Source of the DNA: Tubiluchus corallicola
Lineage: Eukaryota; Animalia; Priapulida
Direction of reading: 5' to 3'
Assembly (NCBI GenBank): GCA_030141605.1
Contig: JAQGDQ010000260.1
Span: forward strand, 248,001-312,000
DNA: 64,000 nt
Shown: in pieces, positions 52,809-64,000 of the stretch
Numbering within the stretch: the stretch's first letter is position 1
Layout of the letters: every line of letters begins with the position of its first letter
Program-made: the position numbers and the translations under genes
Notes under the pieces: generated by a model
Told to the model about the DNA's origin: nothing
Database searches by the model: none
What the model saw: the letters and a program-made list of their open reading frames with translations, nothing else

Positions 52809-53647
52809 TAATATTAATTTTTCTTCCGCGATGAGAGTTATGTTGAGGCATTATGTACTTTAAATTTAGGCACAAGCCATTTTAACAGAAACAAGTTCAG
52901 ATAATATTGCGTAGAGTTTGAAAAAATATTCAGAGGATTCGTTTCGTATGACACTCTTCACTAACCACGCAAAAGTATAAATAACTTTATTCTGTAAATA
53001 AGACCAATCATGCGTTTTTTGGTGAACCAGTAGTGCACACTGGGATGGCGATACAATGCTGTTTTGCCAGGTATTCGCGAATATTTTAAATTATAAAGAC
53101 TTTCCTTTTCCAATTACATAAATCTTTTAGACAGCTAAGTGTAGCGCTGAATAATATAACTTTGTATAGAACATTTTTGGACATACTTTAAAATTTTCTA
53201 TTCTTCCCCTTCAAATTAGAAAGTAGGCCTACGTCTACTAGATTACAAGCTGGTTGTCTTAAAACTATAGGAAATACACAAGATATTACAACATTACGTT
53301 GACATAGTTCAAATAGCGGAAGAGAAGTTAACCAAAGACTGAATAATTTTCTAATTTACAAATGGCGAAATAATGTACAAGATTTATGATTTTGAAGGTT
53401 GTTTACTTTTCATTTAAAGTATCATAATAAATCAAGTGTTGCAAGTTTAAACCGCATAACACTTCAACATAACTCATATCACGGAAGAAAAATTAATATT
53501 ATGCACATATAGATACAAATAATTTTATTTTGAAACAGAAAATTTATGATCTTTCAAGAAATCGTCGGGGCGAGGAACTGAACCCGGATCGTGCACTTTA
53601 TCTGTAAGCAACAAGTAGGAAAAATGTTGGTGGGGGAGGGGGTACGA
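52644..53647. repeat. Pair of ~130-bp inverted repeats (52644-52770 and 53513-53647): long-TIR element or inverted SINE pair
   Basis: TTTTTCCTACTTGTTGC..GTGCACGA..GGTTCAGTTCCTCG..CGACGATTTCT..ATTTTCTGTTTCA recurs as its reverse complement ~740 bp downstream. Confidence 0.85.
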
Positions 53648-55936
53648 AGGCATGATATTTTTTTTATTTTGGCGTCTTTACTTAGTTTGGTATTTTCACA
53701 ATGCTTGTAGTTAAACGATAGTCTGACTAAGTTTAAAAATGTGAAAAATTAAAATTTTTGCTGAGAAATAAAAACACTAATGCAAATAAAAGTAATAATA
53801 TATAACAAAATAGTGTTCAATAAGTACTAGTATTCACACAGCGGAGTGTAAACTGTAAAATATAATGATCAAATAGTTAAGTCTGCTTTAGTTCGCTAGG
53901 AAATTACGGAAATTTCATTTTTACAGTTTTTTAAGTTTGTTCAAGATTTTAAGGAAATTACATGTAATGCCAAGTTTTGATGAAAACCCAGTCAGAAATG
54001 GAGAGCCGCCTAAAAGAAGGTTACAAAAAAACCAAGAACGAAAAAAATCATACATAATATGCAATTTTATACTATATTACTAGTGCTATTTCGTGATGAC
54101 AAGTGTGAACGCTGCTTTAGTGATAAGCCGCCAAAAAGCTAGTAGACCAACATTTATTAAAAAATATAGAGAAATCTACAATGATCGCGGGTATAGAATC
54201 TCCGTTTTCGAATTTAAGTACCACTTTCATTATATCTTTTAATTAAATTTGATACTTGAACAGCCAAAAACGAGATTAAAATCGTTAATTTATTTCTACT
54301 TATCGCTCAATCAAAGTCAACAAACTTTACTCTATTTTTAAACCGAGGACCACGCGCATCAGCCTACTGCCCTGTTTGTTTTCAATGCTAAACGTAAATT
54401 AAAACTTGTAAAGAAAAGTCCAACGGCGAACTAAGACGAAAAGACCTCAGCGGGGCTAACAAGGCTGCATGGTCAAAAATAATTGATTTCATTGGACGAA
54501 AAATGGCTATGTGAACTTGACCGTACGTGATTTTCATTTTCTAAATTGTTTTGTCAATTAACGGCTAAAATGCTCGAACAAAAACGGCCAGAGTCACTGA
54601 AATTGTAGAAAAGCAAGCGAAAACCACAGACTCACAAGCAAGCCTAACAGCGTAGATAGCATTGACAATCAATCCAGTAGATGTTCTCATAACAATGTAA
54701 ATCAGAAATCCCATCTAATCTAGTCAGATTTAATTCAGTTTGACTCTAATCCAGTCGTTCCAAGTCGAACCATTCAAATCCAACCTGTTCGAATTAACTA
54801 AAGCTGAACTTTGTTAAAGCGAACATATGCTGTAACTCTACTGCCCCTGCAACCTATAGACGTCCTCGCTGAAACTTGATTCAGTCTGATCTAACTATGT
54901 TGCGAATAATGAACATACATTGCGCTTATGTTTGCGGCATGTTGGATTTTGGCATTTTTCATAGATTTAGTCCCATACAAAAACGAAATCTAACCAATAA
55001 ACGAATGTGATTTTCATTTTAATATTCATCAGTATTCAAAACAATTGTTGGTATACTGTTAACATACAATGCCTATGATTCAGCCAATTGTCTGGCGGTT
55101 ATACACAAATTTTTATTGAAAAGAATTATTTATTCTGGAACGGAACCTAATGCCCTCCAGTAATAATAACCAGATAGATATTTGTTTATTGTAGAGTAAT
55201 AAATGCAGCCTTAAAAGTGACAATACAAATAACGAATAGTAGTCATAGGCACTGAGGGTTAAAACTGCACTAATTTTTATTACATAAAGCTGCATACAAT
55301 ATTGCTGATATAAAATTTGTCAAGTATGATACTATATTGTGTTAATAAAACCAAAGTAAAGAAACATCGATGTGCCAGAGGCAAATATAGGTCTAAGTAG
55401 AGGTACTAAAATTATTACCTTCATATGTTGCAATATACTATTGAAATCTACAGTTACTGCAAAATGGAAGTGTGCTCTAGGTTACTAATGAAACTATTTA
55501 GAGCAACTATAACGTAGTCTTAGCAAAAGGCATTATTTTTTTAATGTTCTAGGGCAAGATAAAATCGGAATAACTATAATAATTTACAGAAAACGGTATG
55601 TTATAAGCCCAGAAACATGCATAGGCCTATATTTCATTACTTTTTAAAATATTAAATATTATTACTTATTTTCATTATTATTTATTTGGAAACAACGCGC
55701 ATAATAAAACACGCACATGATGTTACTATCAGAAGGACATATTCACATTGAAGACGTACAATACACAGTTACATAATGGAATTAAACTGAACTAACTAAG
55801 TTATAAATATGACAAATAGTCGCAAGAGAATTGAAGCTTTACGTCCAAAAGTTCAAAAATTGGTAAACAGAAAAGAGAGAGAAAAATAGGTATATAGGTA
55901 AATAAGACAGATAAAAAAGATTGACAGAATCAAAAG

Positions 55937-56246
<310 letters not shown>

Positions 56247-59200
56247 TAACAAGTAGGCCTAAAGTGTACAATTAGGCAAAAATCTTTGAAATGTGACATC
56301 GCAAAGTGAAATTCATGTTCGATTTTCGGAATATTTTCTTGACATTTTCACACCTATCAATAAAGTAATCCAACTATGTTGTCTTGTGCATCTTTCCGAA
56401 AACCGGTAAAAAAATCGACTCTTCAGTTTGAGGTGAAGCGGAAAGCTACAGAAAAATTCCAGACAAAGTACTGTCCTTGAAAAATGTCCTCGTAGTTTAA
56501 TTAGAAGGGGAGCAAAAGTTTGGGAGTCATCCAACATGGCGTAACAAATGCACTGTAATGTAGCAAGTAGTTCGTATAACTATGGTAACGGCGAGCGAAA
56601 ATAATAAAAATGCATCCAAGGGGCAAAAGAGAGAGACAAAAAATGGGTGAAAATTTATGAGCAACGCGTACGCCAAGGTTGCTAAAAGGTAGCCATTTAG
56701 CTGCAGGCTTTACGAATGTTTTAGTGGAGGAAGGAGGAATGTCGACATCTTAGCTTGATTTCTTCTTTATACAGCAAGCAAAAAGTAGTTACATACTAAA
56801 TCTTTGCAGGCCTTTAGGCATACAAGTCTTAGAGCGCCCTCTTGGTCTACTTCTGTATTAGTAATTGATTACAGACTTCGCGGACATTTACGATCGTTTT
56901 GAATTTTGGAAGTCTTAAAACTCTGGCGACAATTTTAGCTTCCATTATTTCAGTATAACATCGTCAAAGGAAAAAATTATACTGTTGAAACTTAAAAAAA
57001 ACTAGGAACTTCCTTTCCAATTTTATTTATTGCACACCTTAAAAAAGTTACTGTCTGTAATAATTAAATTTTGGGAGTCTGCACAAGTGATTGTCTAAAA
57101 TAGTTTAAATGCCCACAAAGCATCTTGTTACTGCTATTTTGATACATTTACTTATAATATTTTATAGGTCTTTTTCTTATTATTATTTAGCAATCTTAAA
57201 TCACTTATTATTTAGCAATCTTTCAGCTGTTTTGCTGAAAGCTCCTCGGTCCTTACACTTAGAAATTAAAGACTCAAACACCAATCCAGCAACTTCATGA
57301 CACACACGACATACGAAAGTAGGCTAAATTAGCTGCCTGAACTGTTTTGACAAGCGCAACATCCTCACTAAAGATTTCCACGCATTCTTAGAGTAGGGCC
57401 TACTAACTTAGAGATAATCTCTAACCTTTATTCTTACTAGAGCGAGGGCTAGCATTCCCAGGGATTTGTCACGTGACCAAAATTTAAAATTACCAAGTTG
57501 GTTGACCAACAAAGAGTGCTTGAATGATTTTATTCAGGGTCAGCGATGAACAAAAAGATGATCGCTCTAAGAGCTTCTTTAATCCAGGTTGATTCTAAAT
57601 CCTCTTTGGTTGCTTATTAAAAAACTGACCACAAAGCAACGCGAACTTTAACTGGCTACAGGGACTACCCACTTGTTTTTTATGCATCACTGCTTAATGT
57701 TAAATCCTATGATTTGTTTTTCTTCACCTAATGTTGACAGTGTTTTATCGTCAAACAAACTCACGTTTGCAGTGATTATACCCGGGGATTTAGGTTTAGT
57801 TTCCAAACGAGGAAGCATTTTAGCCGTTTCATCGCTATTTTTTAAATCGCCTTTCAAGGATAGGCTCGAAAAATGGCGGGCGCCAACATCTGGCAATCCC
57901 AGAATGCCTCACAAATTGTTTATTCCACAATACAATAAATTCTGCAGCTGAAATTTATTGCTAGTAGTTTTTTCAATCAATTTTATTTCAAAATTCAGTC
58001 ATAGGCTACTACAACAAACAACAATCAAGCTGTTATTGAATATTCATTATAAGAAAGAATTACCGAAACTTATGCCAACTAATGAGAGACTTTGTACCCA
58101 TCTACAATACAAAATGTTGTAAATCACCGTCATTTAAAGTTGGCCTACTAATGGCCCACCTTCAACTAGACCCCAAAGCCGCCATCGTGAGCCGCTGCAG
58201 GCAGAGGTGATCTCAGCTCTTTAAAGAGAAAGACAATGGCAATTTTAAAGTATGCCTCAAAGAAAATTCCACCCAAAGCTATATTATTATGCTTACTTGT
58301 TTGAACTTGCTTGCTTACTTTTATATTATACTATTATGCTTACTTGTTTGAAAAATATATTTAACTAGAAAATTTTTCACGCCAAGTGGTAAAATGTCAC
58401 TGAGGGACCTTCGTTGTATGCACCTCTGACTCACCAAAAAACTTATTTTTAATCTTGTTGACAAGATACAATAATTTACACTTTTCCTTGTACGTGTGCG
58501 AATGCTCTGATTATTTATTTCAAACATTATGCAATGTTATTTAAATGAGATGTGATGTTAAATTTTTGTGTTTCATACTGCAAGATAGAAGCTCTGTGCT
58601 TGTATTTGATGTAGAATGTAGAAACAGAATGTAGGTGATACAAAATGACACAACAAATTGACACGACGATTTACATAAGTTGAAGCTAATACACTGCAAT
58701 ATTTTGACATGTTGTTCAAACTAAAAAGTAGTTTATTGTTCTTGCATACATAAGAATTATTTAAAAACCATTCACCAATTCCCGACCGATTTTTCAGAGT
58801 ATTTTTTCTACAGTACAATTCTATAGTTTTTGTACTAATGTACAAGTGCTTTCAATTTAACCCCTTCACAAAAGTGCTGCTGTTTCTGTAAAATTGAGCA
58901 ATTCACCAACTTAAGGAGAGAAAGAACATTATTGAGTTTACGCAATGTGCCGCTCGCCAACGGTATTATTTTGGGCAGTGCGCCAGTAGAATATATTTAC
59001 TCCAGAGCTTCTAAATTGAAAGTCTCTTTTGTTGGTGATATATCATTTTCTTAATTCTTAACGATGTAAAATTCTTGTGGAAAAGAGATAAAGAAAATAA
59101 AATCAGTTGCGGTTTTATATAAAATGAAATAAAAAAGAGCCAAATCAGTTGTGGTGTAGGAACTTCACATTTGTTTACTTATTTTGATTTCCACTTGCAT

Positions 59201-61344
59201 AATAAGTAATAAAGGTCTTTCTAGTAAACTTTGCTACACTCATAACAGATCGTCAGCCGTTTTAAGCCATTTTAATTCTAAGCCATCAGTCAGCCATCAT
59301 TTTGCCATTCTCGCTAGCTAGCAGCCATGCAGTCTGTCTACTAGCCAGCTGAAATAAAAAAAAAACAAACGGTTTCGAGGCCTACATTTAACACTCTGAA
59401 AATGATACATAGGATTACTAATTTACGATGTAGACCTGGTGTACCTTAGTGTACAAGACAGCTAAGGAAGGCCCACTAATGGCCTAGCTTTGTAGAACGC
59501 TAACATTTTGCACAGACTAACAGTACAGTGTAAATCATTGACATGTAATCCTGCTTAAGAAACTAGTTGTAACATAAATCATAAAGGTAGAAAAACATGG
59601 CAGTTTGTATTTTTTTCCACAAACACAAGGTTTGTATATAAACTGCTAGTAATCTACGTATTTTATCCTGCACATCTCATCCTGCTTTACACATTTTTGC
59701 CAATAGCCCAGGGGCTACCTAATAGTCTTTTCTCTCACCGTTGGACCTCTATTTGCCCACGGGTAAGGCTTTGCGACTACGATAAATAAAAAATCCCCCA
59801 ATTGGAAAAGTAACAGCAACGATTTCACACTTTTCCGCCCAACCTTTGACGCCCTGTTTGCTCGGCAAACTTTACGGACCAGAAGTCCTTTCTATTTTGG
59901 GCGCTCCGCCATGCGTAAAACATTTACTCACTTTTCAACTTCACGCAGCCAGCTTGAGCCCAATGGGATGATGGAGAACGAAAGTAAAGATGATTATAGG
60001 TCTCCGTGGACCAGCTAAAAAGTTCACTTGAAAATGCCGTTTAAAGACCATCTTACATAAGAACAACATCTTCTTGGGTCTCAGATGATTTAGTTAAGCC
60101 TGAAATGGATCTCATCGACTTTATTGTAAAAGCTCAAGGTGAACTTAAACAGGACTATTATGCGGAATGGCTGAAGTAAAACTTCTGTATAATAAGACAA
60201 TTTTGATCTCCAAGAGCGTTTTGTTATTACATTTAATTATGACAAGTTTCAAAGAGCACTGTTTTCTTCCTATAAATTTTGATACAAGAATTACAAATGA
60301 CCACACGCCGAGAAAGCATGTCTTTATGACGAGATCAGATCTCCATGTATACTGATTTTTAAAAATTTTTCTTTATGAACTTTATGTAAACAATAATAAT
60401 CGTTAAAATGTTTTGGGAAATGGCTAAAATTATAAAATTAAAGTTTTGTAAAGCAACTTTTTTTAAAAATAATAGTGTTGCCTCTGGATGTACTTGTCCA
60501 CAACATCTAGGTTCCCGATTTCGAATCCGAGTTATATCATTCCTTATTTATAATGACGTATAAATGGCTAAATGCAGTATGTATTTTAGAAATGCTATCA
60601 AAGGACTAGATTTTATATCATGTTAATATGATTATAGTACATTATAGTATACTAATGTAACTGTAATCCCCGAAGAATATAATCCTATTTAGACCCTAAA
60701 CATAGGTGCATACATGTAGGTCTGTGGGAAGTTTTTGCCCAACTTAGGTCCAGTTACTGTAATTATATGGCAATCTTTAAAGTTGTTATGTCAGAATGAA
60801 AAATGCTGCATGGCATCTACCTGATAGGTAATTTTCTATTTAGTTACCAAGTAAGACGGTTCTCCTTTGATCAACAAGGAAATAACCAGTATGTGTTGAA
60901 GCGTATTACGATCAACACGGATTATACAATTTAACGCTGATACTTGTTTCCAAGCGTCTAACCAGGGGGCAAATACGAGTACACAGAAAAAATTAAATTA
61001 CTGCACTTGTCACAGGTTTGGGGACGACTTTTTAAAACTTTAGGAAGAACTGTAGTTTGGTTTAGTTATGCTTGCAACCTAGAACTTCATACGCCTGGGC
61101 AGTGAACAAAAGCATAGCTTAAAATGACCATGCGCGCGGTTAAAATACTTGCGTGCTTCCTCAAGGTTGCGTGCTTGTTCCATTTCTATTATAAATTGTA
61201 ATTACGTAGTTAACTTTTGCTTTGCTGGTTAAATGGAAAACGTCATTTTTTCGATAAGATTCAGTTTGAGAAGAGATGTGAGCGATTTTCTTTACTGCAA
61301 TGACTGGTTTGTGAGCTAGACTCAACGTGGAAACAGGAAGATGG

Positions 61345-61476
61345 TATGGTGAGCAGCCTGAGACTAGGTTGTACCAATGTGGGCAATATCAAACACAGCA
61401 TCATGTATATATATATATGATGCTGTGTTTGAAATTGCCCACATTGGTACAACCTAGTCTCACGCTGCTCACCATA
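61345..61476. repeat. 132-bp near-perfect palindrome (probable TA-targeting MITE)
   Basis: 66-bp arms with 3 mismatches around a central (TA)n; TA at both ends. Confidence 0.9.
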
Positions 61477-61499
61477 TATATATGTATATATATATAATC

Positions 61500-62700
61500 T
61501 TTATTTGCCATTAAAATACATTGATAATCACTGATAAAAACTTTACAGAGATTGATGATAAATCAGTGTTAGTTAATGAAAACTTACACTGCTAAAGGCA
61601 AATGCGTCAGTGCCATCTAAACTACTGTGCAGTAATGGAAAGTAACGACGAATAAAATCAAACATATTTACAACTATGCACAAAAAATGCAAAAATTACG
61701 ATTTAATTAATATGGCTGTGGATATATAAATTCTGAATTAGTGTGTATGTTGTCGTACTGGTGTGATGGTATTTCATATCTGGTTAATATTAGTGATTTT
61801 AATTTTGTTTTAAATGCTGTTAGGGCCTTCATTCGTTTAACCAGTAATGGTAGAGAATTCCAAAGTAGAATTGCTTGCTTGATTACAGAGTTCGCTCCAT
61901 AGTGGGTATTTGTCCTAATTTGTTTTAGATTGCTTGTTCTGGAATTAACGATGGGATTTGGAAAAAAGGTAAATCTGTTATTCTGGAATGGTTTGCTGAT
62001 GTTGTTAATGTATTTAAATATAAAAAGCAAAGTAAAATATTCTTTGTGTGCTTCAATGATTGGGAATTTTAAAGTTCTTCTCAGGTTAGTTGTTGAAACT
62101 TTGAATTTTTGTCTACTTGAATTTTTGAATACATATGACAGCTGTGTGTCCATTATCAGAACATATTAGGAGACAAGACCCTAATGTAGATTACAATAAT
62201 TTAGACAAAATCTTCTTATATCAAAATAGGTTAAATACGTTTAAATTGTGCTTTGAAATTTTGAATACGTTTGATATTTAACAGGTACATAATTTAGTGT
62301 TTTGTTTTAATATTTTCTTCATTTTCTGTGTGCTTAATGATGGCTGCGCAATAATGCATTTATTTAATATGGATCGTAAAGATCAGTTACCCCATAAGAA
62401 AGTGTACATGATGTACATGTAACTTTTATTATGGTCAATAAACTAACTTATTAATTAGACGCCACACAATGCCGTAGAAAGAAAACTTTTCAGCACTGCG
62501 TCTTTATCTCTTTCACAGATTAAGAAAATTTTGTTATAATATGCATTAAAAGTCCAATCGCCTTGCACCTTTAACCAGTAAAACACTTATATGGTGCATA
62601 AAGTCTTTAGGCGCTTTTAACAATGTCACACGCTGGTAATACAGAGTTCTGTTTAAAAGAATTTTAACACAATTATCCTTGCTCTTTGCACTAAATCAAT
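61500..62700 (-). mobile_element. Decayed CR1/L2-like LINE 3' fragment
   Basis: ORF 61707-62153 ends ...RTNTHYGANSVIKQAILLWNSLPLLVKRMKALTAFKTKLKSLIL, a typical CR1-clade ORF2 C-terminus; AATAAA and (TA)n near 61500; upstream boundary approximate. Confidence 0.78.
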
Positions 62701-64000
62701 TCAATTAAATTTAAAGAAAACAAAACAACGGTGCTGAATAAGGCGACGAAAGAGCCGCTTTGACAAGCTAAAGGTCGTTCTAACAGTTCTATACAAAAGA
62801 GTCCTTAAAATGCAGCCATCAGTAATGCAACCACCCTCTATTCAAAGTTTAGAATATTGTTCATTAGTTTTGCAATCTTGTCTGTTTGGTTTGCAAAAAA
62901 GCTTCTCCATATTATTTACATGTTGGTTTCGCATAATGTTTATTGTTATTCGTTGCTGATTTAAGTTGAATAATACAGCGGATTTACTTAAGTATTTTAT
63001 TGAAAAATATTAGTGATAAAAAATAAAAAGCAAAAATAAAGTCATCAAATGTAATCAAAGTGGAATTCCTGCTAGGATAAGTAACAAGTAACTATCCTAA
63101 ATCCCCCAAAGCATAGCTGCTAACTTATTCAATGTATCTACCAATTATGTTGTCATTTTCCTGTCCTTCTCTTTATTTCTTCTTATCGTTTCCCTCCATC
63201 TCTCTTTCGTTCTTTCTCTATTTTATTCTAGCGGCCCCTCATTACTTTTTCATCTTTCTCTTTTTCTCTTACCCCTCTTTTCGCTTTCTTGCCCACTTTT
63301 CTAGTTGTCTGTCTATCTGTTGTCTATCTGTCTGTCTGTTTATCTATCCACTTTTTTCGCTGTCACTCACTCCCATTTTCTTTTTCTTCCTTGTTTTTCC
63401 ATTATTGTTCACATTCGGTATGTTGATCACATACACAAAATTACCATACAGTTCATATCTCTTGGTTTGCCATCCCTCGCCCACTTTCTTTGCATGAAGT
63501 ACAAAAGTCGCTTTAAACAAAATAACGTATCTGTATCTCTGCATAAACAGTATTAAACACCAAATCTCAGTTTGACCCTTTCTGTCTACATCAAACAGCT
63601 TAGTAGCAAGCTGTAACAACAAAACGCCAAGAGGATACTAGGGATCGTTTTTTCTGTTAAAAATCTATTAAAAACTGCGAAAGTCTAAATTGGGTCTGAC
63701 CATCAAAGAGTTCCGAGCTAATCTTATTTGTACACACTTTTGCCGAGCACCTTATTAGACATTTTTTCACACGCAAAGAAAAAATGTAAAAAATTGTGGC
63801 ATCGCGGTTAAGGGGCAGAAGTTTTGTGCAATTTATAAACATTTTTCCACGTAGCAGAACAAAAGCATCGTAAAATTACGAAAAAAAACATCCAATTAAG
63901 GATGCCTGCAGGTGTGGCTGTTCATGATTTCAGCTCAACTTAGACCTAGAAGTTAACTGTTGGCAACCCAGTCATGGATATGCCATCCCAATCTGGAACA

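Noticed and set aside
57540-57900. 69-aa minus-strand ORF as an upstream exon of the coiled-coil gene
   Set aside because: No convincing splice sites, ends in a stop and has no recognisable motif; possibly transposon debris.
59950-60180. Protein-like plus-strand stretch (..WVSDDLVKPEMDLIDFIVKAQGELKQDYYAEWLK)
   Set aside because: Flanked by stops with no partner exons or recognisable family; cannot be supported.

Overview
AT-rich, microsatellite- and transposon-rich genomic DNA from an intron-containing metazoan, probably an invertebrate; the taxon cannot be fixed from sequence alone. No prokaryotic features, rRNA, intact tRNA or CRISPR were seen. Two spliced genes lie on the minus strand. 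(1) A 12-coding-exon gene (CDS 23001->3236, 2574 nt, 857 aa) assembled by hand with GT-AG introns and consistent phases throughout. It encodes: signal peptide, ~220-aa Pro/Gly/Asp-Tyr/Arg-rich region, four L1/neuroglian-type Ig domains, a Kazal domain, one neuroglian-FN1-like FN3 domain and a GPI-anchor signal. This looks like a truncated, GPI-anchored L1-family derivative in which Ig5-6 are replaced by a Kazal module, and it is the most interesting object in the window. (2) The last three exons (40366->37215) of an unidentified coiled-coil protein whose 5' end could not be located. The rest holds five hAT-type MITEs with 8-bp TSDs (two exact, three degenerate), a solo LTR with a 5-bp TSD, decayed CR1-like LINE fragments, Helitron-like and tRNA-derived relics, several long foldback palindromes (one ~1.2 kb), a 43-bp minisatellite and many microsatellites, which explain most of the long low-complexity ORFs.
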